In this document: positions 45,551-55,500 of the stretch, in pieces | Layout: each line of letters opens with the position of its first letter | Numbering within the stretch: position 1 is the first letter of the stretch | Virus record (IMG/VR): IMGVR_UViG_3300032332_001510 | Coordinates: 13,646 to 77,645 of that record | Direction: 5' to 3' (one strand) | From: a virus | Taxonomy: Duplodnaviria > Caudoviricetes | Length of the DNA: 64,000 bases | The notes under the pieces: model-generated | Seen by the model: only the letters and a program-made list of their open reading frames with translations | The model's database searches: none | What the model was told of the DNA's origin: nothing | Position numbers and translations under genes: made by a program

Positions 45551-47482
45551 ATGGTAGATAAAAATAAAGTAATTACCCTAACCAGTACATTTACTAAGAG
45601 CAATCTACCTACCAAAGACATTAGCATTGATTCGATTATGATTGAAGGTTACGCAAGTACCATTGATACTGATCGTCAAGGCGATATTGTGCCTAGTACA
45701 GTATGGAAAAGTGGTGTGCAAAATTACTTGAAAAATCCAGTAATCTTAGCATATCATGATCATAGTGAGCCTATTGGTAGAATGGTAGATCATAGAATTG
45801 ATGGTAAAGGTTTATGGATTAAAGCACGAATTTCTGCAGCTGCAGGAGAGGTGTTTAATCTTATCAAAGACGGAGTACTTACTGCGTTTAGTATTGGTTT
45901 TCGTATCGCTGATGCGGAATATAATGCAGCCACAGAGCTGTTTGTTGTTAAAGAACTGGAACTACATGAGATTTCAGTAGTGTCCGTACCTGCTAATCAA
46001 AACACACTATTTAGTTTGTCTAAGTCGTTTAAAACCGACGAAGAAGTTAAGTCTTTTAAACTGCAATTTGCGCCCAAGTTAGAATCAGCTAAAGGGCTAG
46101 AGTCCACAATGGAAGCAAATGGCGACACTACAAAGGAATGGAAAATGGATCCTAAAGACCTAGAAAAATTGCTTGCCGATACAGCTCGTCAAGCTGCTGT
46201 TGAAACAGCAAAAGCTCTTGCTGAACAGCAAGCCCAAGCTGCTGTTGAAAAAGCAGCACAAGATCGCGCTCAAGCAGAACTTGACGCAAAAATCAAAGCC
46301 GCTGTTGCACAGGTGCAAACAGTTGACACAGGTGCAGAGCGTCTACTTGCAGAAGTTGAAAAGCGTGTTGCTGAACAAGAGCAATCACACAAGTCAGTTA
46401 TTGCTGGTCTAGAAGCTACACTCAAAGAAAAAGCTGCTGAACTCGAAGCCATTCAGAAGTCACGTATGCAATTTGCTGCTGATGGTAGCAACAATGCAAT
46501 GACTTATGCTGAAAAAGAAAAAGCAGTTCTTTTAGCTAAAATGGCTAACAAGGGTCTTGAGGACACCAAGTTTGGTCGTGGAATGGTTGAAAAGTATGGT
46601 GCACATGTACCAAGTGCTACTTGGGAACTAGAAGTTAGCATGAGTATGGAAGCTGAGGTTCGTCGCCGCCTAGTTGTTGCACCATTATTCCGTCAGATTG
46701 CTATGCAAACTAACGTAATGAAGATTCCAGTTAATCCAGAAGCAGGTACAGCTCAGTGGATTGATAATGCTAATTTTGGTACATCAACAAGTGGCGGTAA
46801 TAATGCTACTCATGCACTAAAAGAGATTACACTCAGCGCATATAAAATTGCTACCAACGAGTACACAGCTTATGAAGAAGAGGAAGATAGCCTTATCGCT
46901 ATTATGCCTGTAATTCGTGATGGCATGATTCGTCGTGTTGCTCGGGGAGTTGACAAAGGATTCCTACGTGGAGCAGGTGCTACTAGCGGCGATCCTATCA
47001 GCGGTCTAGTAACACTAGCTGGTACTTCAGGTCAAGTTGCAAACTCTAGCAGTGGTGCAGCGTTTACTGTTGCTAACCTACGTAATCTACGTAAGGGCCT
47101 TGGAGTTTGGGGCCTTGATCCAGCAGATGTAGTTTATATTGTTGATACAACAACATACTACAATCTACTTGAGGATTCAGTATTTCAAACAATGAACCAA
47201 GTTGGTCCACAAGCTACATTACTAACTGGTCAGATTGGTCAGATTGGTAATTCACCAGTACTAGTTTCTGGTGAGTTTGTAGGAACTGGAGCAAGTGGTA
47301 GTATTGCTGGTGTTTGCGTTGCACCAGGTAACTTTATTGTTGGTAATCAGCGCGGTCTCCGCATTGATACACAAGAACTAGTTGAGACACAGCGTCGCGT
47401 TATGGTTGCTAGCTTACGTACAGGCTTTGCACAAGTTACAAGCAACTATGGTTCTGGCGTTACATCACTCAAGTATACTTGA
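45551..47482 (+). CDS. prohead protease fused in frame to HK97-fold major capsid protein
   Basis: IEGYAS..D.DRQGD, HDH, SIGF, EISVVSVPAN, then a coiled-coil delta domain and capsid; internal RBS+ATG at 46145. Confidence 0.9.
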   Translation: MVDKNKVITLTSTFTKSNLPTKDISIDSIMIEGYASTIDTDRQGDIVPSTVWKSGVQNYLKNPVILAYHDHSEPIGRMVDHRIDGKGLWIKARISAAAGEVFNLIKDGVLTAFSIGFRIADAEYNAATELFVVKELELHEISVVSVPANQNTLFSLSKSFKTDEEVKSFKLQFAPKLESAKGLESTMEANGDTTKEWKMDPKDLEKLLADTARQAAVETAKALAEQQAQAAVEKAAQDRAQAELDAKIKAAVAQVQTVDTGAERLLAEVEKRVAEQEQSHKSVIAGLEATLKEKAAELEAIQKSRMQFAADGSNNAMTYAEKEKAVLLAKMANKGLEDTKFGRGMVEKYGAHVPSATWELEVSMSMEAEVRRRLVVAPLFRQIAMQTNVMKIPVNPEAGTAQWIDNANFGTSTSGGNNATHALKEITLSAYKIATNEYTAYEEEEDSLIAIMPVIRDGMIRRVARGVDKGFLRGAGATSGDPISGLVTLAGTSGQVANSSSGAAFTVANLRNLRKGLGVWGLDPADVVYIVDTTTYYNLLEDSVFQTMNQVGPQATLLTGQIGQIGNSPVLVSGEFVGTGASGSIAGVCVAPGNFIVGNQRGLRIDTQELVETQRRVMVASLRTGFAQVTSNYGSGVTSLKYT

Positions 47483-47505
47483 TTTACTAATTTAATATTA
47501 GTACT

Positions 47506-47531
47506 GACAGGGCTGAAAAGCCCTGTCTTTT
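47506..47531 (+). terminator. intrinsic terminator after capsid
   Basis: GACAGGGCT-GAAA-AGCCCTGTC-TTTT. Confidence 0.85.
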
Positions 47532-47575
47532 AAATAAGCTTCTTGGAGTTTATTTAAAAGACATAGGGGAAATAG

Positions 47576-48172
47576 ATGGCATTAAATTTAATTACTATAT
47601 CAGAATATAAAACTTATGCCGGAATCAAAAGCAATAATCATGATCAAGAGATTAGTGTACTTATTCCCCGCGTAAGTCAACTTGTTAAAAATTATTGTGG
47701 CAGGACTTTTGTAGATTATGTAGATACCGACAAAGTTGAGTACTTTGATGGTGGACATGATAAACTTATTTTATCAGAAAATCCTGTACGTAGTGTCAGT
47801 AGTGTAGGCTATAGTATAGATTTTGGTCAAAATTATACCAATTTAACACAATATGTAGACTGGATCTTAGACAAAGATAATATTCGTAGTTTAAATACTC
47901 AGGCTATTACTGGTTTAATTCAAACAAATCGTGGATTTCCAGAAGTTATTCGTGGTTATAAAGTAGTCTATCGTGCTGGATATGATGATGTACCCACAGA
48001 CGTAGGTTTAGCAATCATGGATTTACTAACCTATTATCGTAAAAGCGACTTTAGTATTCATAGTGCAAAAGCACCTGGTACTAATAGTGTACAGATTGAG
48101 TATATCTCAACTACTAATTTACCTGCACATATTAAACGTATATTAGATATGTATAGGACTGACTATACATGA
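47576..48172 (+). CDS. head-tail adaptor / head completion protein
   Basis: LI...S..V..YC.R.F; Y.AGY..VP.D...A; position. Confidence 0.75.
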   Translation: MALNLITISEYKTYAGIKSNNHDQEISVLIPRVSQLVKNYCGRTFVDYVDTDKVEYFDGGHDKLILSENPVRSVSSVGYSIDFGQNYTNLTQYVDWILDKDNIRSLNTQAITGLIQTNRGFPEVIRGYKVVYRAGYDDVPTDVGLAIMDLLTYYRKSDFSIHSAKAPGTNSVQIEYISTTNLPAHIKRILDMYRTDYT

Positions 48173-49812
48173 ACAATCCTTTTCGTAACATTCACTTTAG
48201 CAGGCTACTAGACATTGTTAGTGGCAGTGCTTTTGCAAGTGCTACTAATAAAGAACAACATTCTGCAATATACAGAGATTTCGATCAGGCAAGATTAACT
48301 GATAAAAGATTTCGTGAAATTATAACTGCTAATTTACCAGTATTCTATGTAGTAGATGCAGAACTTATTGCTGATGAAATTGTTAATAGTTTAGCCGCAG
48401 ACCCAAATCGTTTTATTAGTAGTATACGTACTAGTGAAGGGCCAGTAGCTCCTGGTGAACAAGGTTTTGAAAATTTATTAGTTACTGTTAAAAACTGCAA
48501 ACAAGATATTCAAAATTTAGTTATATCTACTCTAACCGGAAAATTACCTAAAAAGTCTTTTAGCGAAGTATATGATGAAATTGAAAAAATATACTTAAAA
48601 ACCATTAATAGTTTAGCTCAAACTGGTAAAAGCTATCAAACTTATAGAAATGCAGCTATTCGCATGGGGTTTGATATACGCAGTAAGCTAAACAGTGTAG
48701 GAAATTTTATTGCGTCTGATGCTAGTTCTATAATTAATATTGGTTCAAATCAATTATTAATAATTGGGCCAACATTTGATGGCGCTACAAGAAAAGTTAA
48801 TGAAAGTTTATTGGCTCCTATTGAAAATTTATTTGAAACTAAGTATAATATAGTTGTTACTAAAGCTAATACTGGTTTTAAATTAGGTAATATTATTAAT
48901 GCAGGACATACTAGTGCGGTAACCTCTTCTGGCACAACTATTGGCGTTAATATGCCAAGTGCTCAAGAAAAACAATTTTTATTGGCAGGCAATCCAAAAG
49001 CATTTGAGATTGAGCAAGAACTAGGTACAATATATGCAGGTATTGAGTACACCATAACATTTAGTGAAAAATTTACGCCTAAAGCAGGTAACTTATTAGA
49101 TATGCAATTTGCATTTGTAGTAAGTATGCCAGCGGCATTAAATACTAAAAGTTTAAATCAAGCTGAACAGGCTAGAATTAAAGCAGTTATTGCTAATGAA
49201 GTCCTACCTGCTTTAGAAGATCAGTTAAAAGCTAAAATGAAAGGTGGTTTAATTGAGCCACTAAATATTGGAGCAAGCCCCAGCTTTTTAGAATACCTTA
49301 ACCAAGCAGTTATGGATTCGCTAAATGGAAAAGTTACTCCAACACAGTTAAAAACTAGTAATGCTAGTAAAAGCACAAAATTACCGCTTCCAGCTAATTT
49401 AGTTTCAAAAACTGCTAGTAAATTAAAAGTTCAAACTAAAAAAGCAAACATAAAAGTTAAATTAGAGTCAAAAACTAATGTGCCTTTTAGTGTTGCTAAT
49501 TTACAAGCACTACTAAATGCTCAGCTTGTACAAAAAGTTAAAGAGAATATGGGTAGCGGTAATCGCAAAGATATTTTAAATTTGCGTACTGGTAGATTTG
49601 CTGAAAGTGTAAAAGTAGAAAGAATTAGTGTTAGTCGAGAGGGAATGATTACTGCTTTTTATAACTATATGCGTAATCCTTATGCTACATTTAGTCAAGG
49701 TGGTAGACAACAAAATCCTCATAGCAGGGACCCTAAATTGTTGATAGCTAAATCAATCAGAGAAATTGCCCAAGAAAAAACAATTAATCGACTAAGGGCG
49801 GTATTAGTATGA
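48169..49812 (+). CDS. tail completion-like protein with long N-terminal extension
   Basis: C-terminal LNLRTGRFAESV...YM.NPY.TF..G...RDP..LI..SIREIA resembles T5-like tail completion proteins. Confidence 0.55.
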   Translation: MNNPFRNIHFSRLLDIVSGSAFASATNKEQHSAIYRDFDQARLTDKRFREIITANLPVFYVVDAELIADEIVNSLAADPNRFISSIRTSEGPVAPGEQGFENLLVTVKNCKQDIQNLVISTLTGKLPKKSFSEVYDEIEKIYLKTINSLAQTGKSYQTYRNAAIRMGFDIRSKLNSVGNFIASDASSIINIGSNQLLIIGPTFDGATRKVNESLLAPIENLFETKYNIVVTKANTGFKLGNIINAGHTSAVTSSGTTIGVNMPSAQEKQFLLAGNPKAFEIEQELGTIYAGIEYTITFSEKFTPKAGNLLDMQFAFVVSMPAALNTKSLNQAEQARIKAVIANEVLPALEDQLKAKMKGGLIEPLNIGASPSFLEYLNQAVMDSLNGKVTPTQLKTSNASKSTKLPLPANLVSKTASKLKVQTKKANIKVKLESKTNVPFSVANLQALLNAQLVQKVKENMGSGNRKDILNLRTGRFAESVKVERISVSREGMITAFYNYMRNPYATFSQGGRQQNPHSRDPKLLIAKSIREIAQEKTINRLRAVLV

Positions 49813-50246
49813 GTAAACGAACACAAATTGTAAAAGCCCTGACTGCAAAACTTAATTTAATTAATGGTAAAAGTCCTTATAGCGTAAATCTTTTTAAAAA
49901 TGCTTATGCTAAGTTAAAGTTTTGGGATGAAGTAGACGATTTTCCCAGCGTGTACTTAACGCCAGGCACAGAATTGCGCGAATATCATCCCAGTGATTTT
50001 ACTTGGGCATATTTAGGTGTTACTATCAAAGTATATTGTCGCGGTGAATCAAGCAGTGAGCAACTAGAACTACTATTAACCGATATTGAAAATTGTGTAG
50101 ACGATAACCGTCAGTTAGTGTACGATATTACTAACAATTATTCCACGACTGAAATCTTAGTTCAGTCTATTACTACTGATGAGGGGCTGTTAGCGCCTTA
50201 TGCAGTTGGAGAAATTAACTTACAAGTGCGATATGCCTTAATGTAA
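49809..50246 (+). CDS. tail terminator protein
   Basis: KFWDEV.DFPS...G.E.REY; position. Confidence 0.75.
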   Translation: MSKRTQIVKALTAKLNLINGKSPYSVNLFKNAYAKLKFWDEVDDFPSVYLTPGTELREYHPSDFTWAYLGVTIKVYCRGESSSEQLELLLTDIENCVDDNRQLVYDITNNYSTTEILVQSITTDEGLLAPYAVGEINLQVRYALM

Positions 50247-50322
50247 GCAACCATGCTAAAGTGTTACAAACAGATAAATGTCTAGTTTATGCACTTAAGC
50301 ATTAACAAAAAAGGAAATAGAA

Positions 50323-51567
50323 ATGGCATTTAATTTAATTCGTAATGCTAGAGTATTCTTTACTACCAACGTAAATAGTTATGGAGTAATTAATAGTGGT
50401 ACCGGTACCGGTAGCGTACCATTTACTTCTAGCAACACACAAGAAATCCAAGTTCTAGATGGATTTAGTTTTAGTCAAAATACTACAGCTGAAACTGTTA
50501 CACTAAATGAGGCGGGTGATCGACCAAACCGCGGACAACGTAACTTTAATACAGCACTAGAGCCTGTAGATTTTAGTTTTAGTACTTATGTTCGCCCTGC
50601 TAGTGTAACTAGCACAAGCGGTTCAGTTGCAGATGCAGAAGAAAAAGTTTTGTGGAATGCAATGTTTGGCTATGCTGCTATTGGTAGCACTGCTGGTGCA
50701 GCATGGACTGCAGGTACTGCAGGTACTGCAGGTACTGCCGTAGCTCCAGTAGTGGCACTTGCTAACAGCAATCGTAATCAACTACAAGCCTTCGGCTTAG
50801 TTATTGTATTTGATGACTCTACCTTCTTTATTGATAATTGTGTTTTAGATAGTGGTACAATGGACTTTGGCCTTGATACTATTGCTAATATTCAGTGGGC
50901 TGGTAAAGGAAGTGCAGTTCGTACCTTCTCTAAAACAGCTATCACAGATAATAGTACAGCTGGTACAAGCGGCCTAGCTGTTAGTGGTACAGCAGGTACA
51001 AGCGGCTTAATCAATGGGTCAACTGCTACTGTATTCGTTGGTGCCAGTAAACTTAAGAACACAACTGCAGCTTATTTAGCTAATAAACTAAGCACGGTTA
51101 CACTGTTTAAAGATATTCAGGGTGCAACTACAAGTTATAGCCTACCACTAACTGGTGGCACCTTAACATTTGCAAATAATGTTAGTTACTTAACCCCAGC
51201 TAATTTAGGCGTAGTTAACACTCCTATCACATACTTTACAAGTACTCGTGCAATCAGTGGTACTATGAATGCATATCTTCGTACTGGTACAGGTAGTGCA
51301 ACAACATTACTAAATGATCTACTAGTATCTAGTAAATCAGACGTTAATCCAGCATTTAATCTAAAGATTAGTGTTGGTGGTGCTGCAGCTGCTACTACTC
51401 GTCTTGATCTACTTATGCCAGCATGTGTGTTAACAATTCCTACAATTGCTACTGAGCAAGTTATTTCTACAGCAATTAACTTTACTGCTCAAGGTTACGA
51501 CAGCGTTAATAACACATTTAGTATTGAAACTGATAACGAAATTCAAATCAAGTACTACGCAGCTTAA
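50323..51567 (+). CDS. major tail tube protein
   Basis: VLDGFSFSQ, FNTAL.PV.FSFSTY.RP; T5 pb6-like. Confidence 0.85.
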   Translation: MAFNLIRNARVFFTTNVNSYGVINSGTGTGSVPFTSSNTQEIQVLDGFSFSQNTTAETVTLNEAGDRPNRGQRNFNTALEPVDFSFSTYVRPASVTSTSGSVADAEEKVLWNAMFGYAAIGSTAGAAWTAGTAGTAGTAVAPVVALANSNRNQLQAFGLVIVFDDSTFFIDNCVLDSGTMDFGLDTIANIQWAGKGSAVRTFSKTAITDNSTAGTSGLAVSGTAGTSGLINGSTATVFVGASKLKNTTAAYLANKLSTVTLFKDIQGATTSYSLPLTGGTLTFANNVSYLTPANLGVVNTPITYFTSTRAISGTMNAYLRTGTGSATTLLNDLLVSSKSDVNPAFNLKISVGGAAAATTRLDLLMPACVLTIPTIATEQVISTAINFTAQGYDSVNNTFSIETDNEIQIKYYAA

Positions 51568-51580
51568 TTTTTACAAAACA

Positions 51581-51607
51581 AAAGCTGGGCTTAACCGCCC
51601 AGCTTTT
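51581..51607 (+). terminator. intrinsic terminator
   Basis: AAAGCTGGGC/GCCCAGCTTTT. Confidence 0.75.
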
Positions 51608-51628
51608 ACTAACCCCTAAAGGTAATTA

Positions 51629-52036
51629 ATGTCACTTTCTCTTAAAACCCTACTTGTACCCTCAAAAGCACTAGATGCTGAGTATCCCGGAATGCCTGAC
51701 TTTAAAGTTAGTTTAGCATTTTTATCTCGTGAAACTCTGCAAAATATTCGCAAAAAGGCTACAAAAACCACATTTAAAAATCGTCAACCAGTTGAAGAAC
51801 TCAATGACGACCTATTTCTTGAGCTTTATGTAAAATCTAGTATTAAAGGCTGGAGTGGACTTAAACTTAAATATCTAGAGCAACTTGTACCAGTAGACTT
51901 AACTGGTCAAGATCCAAATGCACTACTTGAGTACAGTGAAGAAAATGCCTTGTACTTAATGAAAAATTCTACTAATTTTGATAGTTTTATTAGTGAGCAG
52001 GTAACAGACTTGGGAAACTTTACTACGAGCAAGTAA
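51629..52036 (+). CDS. tail assembly chaperone (lambda G-like)
   Basis: Position between tube and tape measure; slippery GGGAAAC near its end. Confidence 0.8.
   Translation: MSLSLKTLLVPSKALDAEYPGMPDFKVSLAFLSRETLQNIRKKATKTTFKNRQPVEELNDDLFLELYVKSSIKGWSGLKLKYLEQLVPVDLTGQDPNALLEYSEENALYLMKNSTNFDSFISEQVTDLGNFTTSK
52012..52018 (+). other. programmed -1 frameshift site G GGA AAC
   Basis: X XXY YYZ heptamer; the -1 frame is open (K L Y Y E Q V I D L) into ORF 52042-52404. Confidence 0.8.
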
Positions 52037-52041
52037 TTGAC

Positions 52042-52404
52042 TTGCAGGATAAGATCAGCAAATATATGCAAAATGCTGAGCTTAGTGTTAGTAAAGATAC
52101 CTATTTTGAAATGTGCGAAATGCTTGGTGAAGAACCAAATGAAGATGATATACCACTAGAAAGCACGGATTTTCCTGAACTTATACAACAATGCTTTGCC
52201 ATTTATAGATTATTACCAGATATATGGGATACAATGAATGGAGGTTATTTAGGTAAAGACTATACAATTGTTTTTAACCTATTTACAATGTATAAATTAG
52301 AAAATTATGAAATACCTGTTGCATTTGGTTTTTTACAGAATATTGATCAAATAAGATCAAAAAGCATTGCTGAAAAAATAAAAGCAAGAAGCCCTAGTAC
52401 TTAA
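52042..52404 (+). CDS. tail assembly chaperone extension (T-like; GT fusion)
   Basis: Lacks its own good start; in the -1 frame of the upstream gene. Confidence 0.75.
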   Translation: MQDKISKYMQNAELSVSKDTYFEMCEMLGEEPNEDDIPLESTDFPELIQQCFAIYRLLPDIWDTMNGGYLGKDYTIVFNLFTMYKLENYEIPVAFGFLQNIDQIRSKSIAEKIKARSPST

Positions 52405-52441
52405 CGGTATTAGGGCTTTTTTGTGCCTGTAAATTTTATAG

Positions 52442-52470
52442 TTGACAAACCTTTGCCCTTGTGTTATAAT
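52442..52470 (+). promoter_or_regulatory. sigma70 promoter of tape measure operon
   Basis: TTGACA-17-TATAAT, after terminator at 52389-52422. Confidence 0.85.
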
Positions 52471-52534
52471 CCTATTTAAAGTAAAACTGCCTTAAAAATT
52501 TTTAGTGCAGACAAAGTCGCTATTTGGAGATGTA

Positions 52535-55500
52535 ATGACTACAGACAATACAATTAAAGCGAATGTTGAGGTAAGTGACAATGGCTCAACAAGCGAAGTC
52601 ATTAAAAATATTGAAACTCTCGTTAAGAGCCTAAAAGCTGCTCAACGAGAAGCAAAAGCTACTATGAATGCACAAACTACTCCAGGTGGTAGTGCTGGAT
52701 CACGTGCGGCTGCTGAGGGCATGATGAGCGGTAGTGCTTATGGTGTTTCACGTGCTGCTGGTGCAGGCACCGGTGCAGCTGCCAGAGACTTTGCTAAAGA
52801 ATCTCAGGGATTAAGTGGATTAGTTCGATTGTATGCCGTATATGCCGCTAACTTATTTGCTGTTAGTGCGGCTTTTCGCGCTTTAAGTTCTGCAGCTGAT
52901 ACTGCAAACATGACAAAAGGTTTGCAGCAGTTAAGTGCACAAAGTGGAGTAAGTTTAGTTAATATTAGCAAAAATTTAGTAACTGCAACTGGGGATGCTA
53001 TTTCCTTTCAGGAAGCAATGAAAGCCACTGCACAAATTACTGCTGCAGGATTAGGTGCCGGTACAGTTGAAAAAATTGGTAAAGCTGCCAAAGGAATTTC
53101 AGCGGCGTTAGGAGTTGATGCTAGTGATGCAATTAGTCGTTTAAGTCGTGGTATTACTAAAATTGAACCTGAATTGCTTGATGAATTAGGCATATTTGTT
53201 AAAGTTGATGATGCTGCCAGAGCTTATGCCCTTAGTATTGGTAAAGCTACTAGTTCACTTACTGATTTTGAAAAACGCCAAGCATTCTCAATTGCTGTGT
53301 TAAAAGAGTTTCAAGACAAATTTGGTAATATTGAAGTAGATGCTAATCCTTATAATCAATTAGCAGCTAGTTTAAATAATTTAGCAGCAACTGCTGGAAA
53401 TTTTATTAATACTGTGCTAGGGCCTCTAGCTAGTTTTTTAGCAAGTAGTCCTACTGCACTATTAGGTATAATTGGAGCCATTGGTCTAACTATTGCTAAA
53501 CAAGCACTACCAGCACTTAGTGAATTAGGTTCTGCTTTACGTAAATCAGCAGAAGAAGCACAAACCTTTGCTGAAGCTAGAAAACAACGTTCCTTAGAGG
53601 CACAAAAATCAGAAAATGCTGAAAAATTACGATTAATTGAACAGGGCGTTGAAAAAGAAATTAAAGTATTTGCTGATGCTGAGGAAAAGTACAAAGCATT
53701 AAAAAAAGCTACTAAATTCGGTGATAATGAAACAGTATTAGCTAAAGTATTAAATACTCCTAATATAAAAGATATTAGCGATGCCGATATTAAGGCACTA
53801 AAAGATAGCGCAGAACAGTATAAAAGGATTGATGCTGCTCGTGCAGCATCCTACCATCAAATAGCTGATGCTGCTGAAAAAGTAAAAGAAGCAGAAAACA
53901 AACTTACCGAGGCACGGAATAAACAAAACGAGTCACTTGCCAAAGGCAATGATTACAGAACTGCCTATGTACAAAATTTAAAAATAGAATCAGATGCAAC
54001 TGAAAAAGCTACACGTTTACGTATTATTGCAAATGCTGCTGACTATGGTGGGATTCAATCACTAAGTCAAAGCTTTAATCAGTTAAAAACTGAAATTAAT
54101 CAGTCTAAATTAGGTTTATTTAGCAAAACTATTGCAGGTGTTGGGGGTGGCGTAGCTTTTCTTGGTTCAAGACTTATTACAGCCGCAAGTGCACTAGGTG
54201 GATATGGTGCTGCTGCTGCGGGGGCCGTAGCTACTTTAAGTTTTTTAGATGATCTATTTCGCAAAAATAAAAAAGAAGTAGATGAGTTTAATAGTAGTAT
54301 AGATTCCTTAGGCGAAACTATTAAAAATGCTAGTGCTGTACTAAAACGATTTGGTGATTATGATCCACTAAATAAACTTACTATACAAAGTTTAAAGGCA
54401 CGCAGTGCTGCTATAAATGAACTTACGCAGGGATTAGAAAAAGCAGAAGAAGCTTTTACTAAAGCTAATGCGTCTGCAGGAGCTTATGATACATTTAGAC
54501 AAAAAATATTAAGTATATTTGACCTAGACTTAAAAAGTGATCTATCTGAAAAAATTGCTGAAACTATTAATAAAAGTATTCTATTAGCTGATCCAGGACC
54601 TGCTAAAGAAGCTTATAAAGAAAAAATTAAAAGTATACTTGGCGTTGAACAAAACTTTAGTAAATCTAATTTAGAGTTTAAAGTTAAAAACAGTGCAGAT
54701 TATTTAGGAACTGTTAAGGCAATAATTGATGCACAGAAAAAATTTGCTCAAGAAGAACAGGCAACAGCGGCTAGACTTGAAGAAACTCAAAATGCTTTTA
54801 AAGCTACAGATAAAGCTTATAAAGAATTAACACAATCGTTACTTTCACAAAGCCCATTAGAAAAATTTGGTAGTAATTTACAGGCTAGTGCTATTAAATT
54901 AGTTCAAGGAATACAACAACCAAAAGAAGCTTTTCAAACCTTAATTGAAATTGTAAAAGATACTAATAAATTAAGTATATTACCCCCCGAACAATTTTCA
55001 GCTCTTGCTAGTAGAAAAGAAGAAATTTTAGCTCTTGCAGCTGCAGCAGATAAAGCTCAAAAAGACTTGCAAAAGTTTAACCAACAAATGCAAGATGAAA
55101 ATCTTTCAGCTTCAGAAAGAATAAAAGCAGGAGAAAATGCTAAATTAGCAGAACGAGATTTAGCAGATGCACAGGCAAAAGGTGCCGCCATTGCTAAACC
55201 ACTACTACAAGCTGTAGCAATTGAAAGATTTAAACAAGCAGGTGAAATTTTAGGCAAAGAAATTGTATTAGCACAAGCACAAGCTGCTGTTGCTATTCAA
55301 AAAACATTTGCTAGTATACTACTTAGTGGTCCTGAATTAGCTAAAGAAGAAGGCAGACTTGCACAATTAGACATTGCTGCAAAAATGGATAGTATAAAAA
55401 CTACGCGAGATTTAATTATTAGTAATACTTTGTTAAGAATGTCTCAAGAAGATCTTGTTAACAGAATGATAATTGAAAGCGAAAAATCTACTCAAGATCA

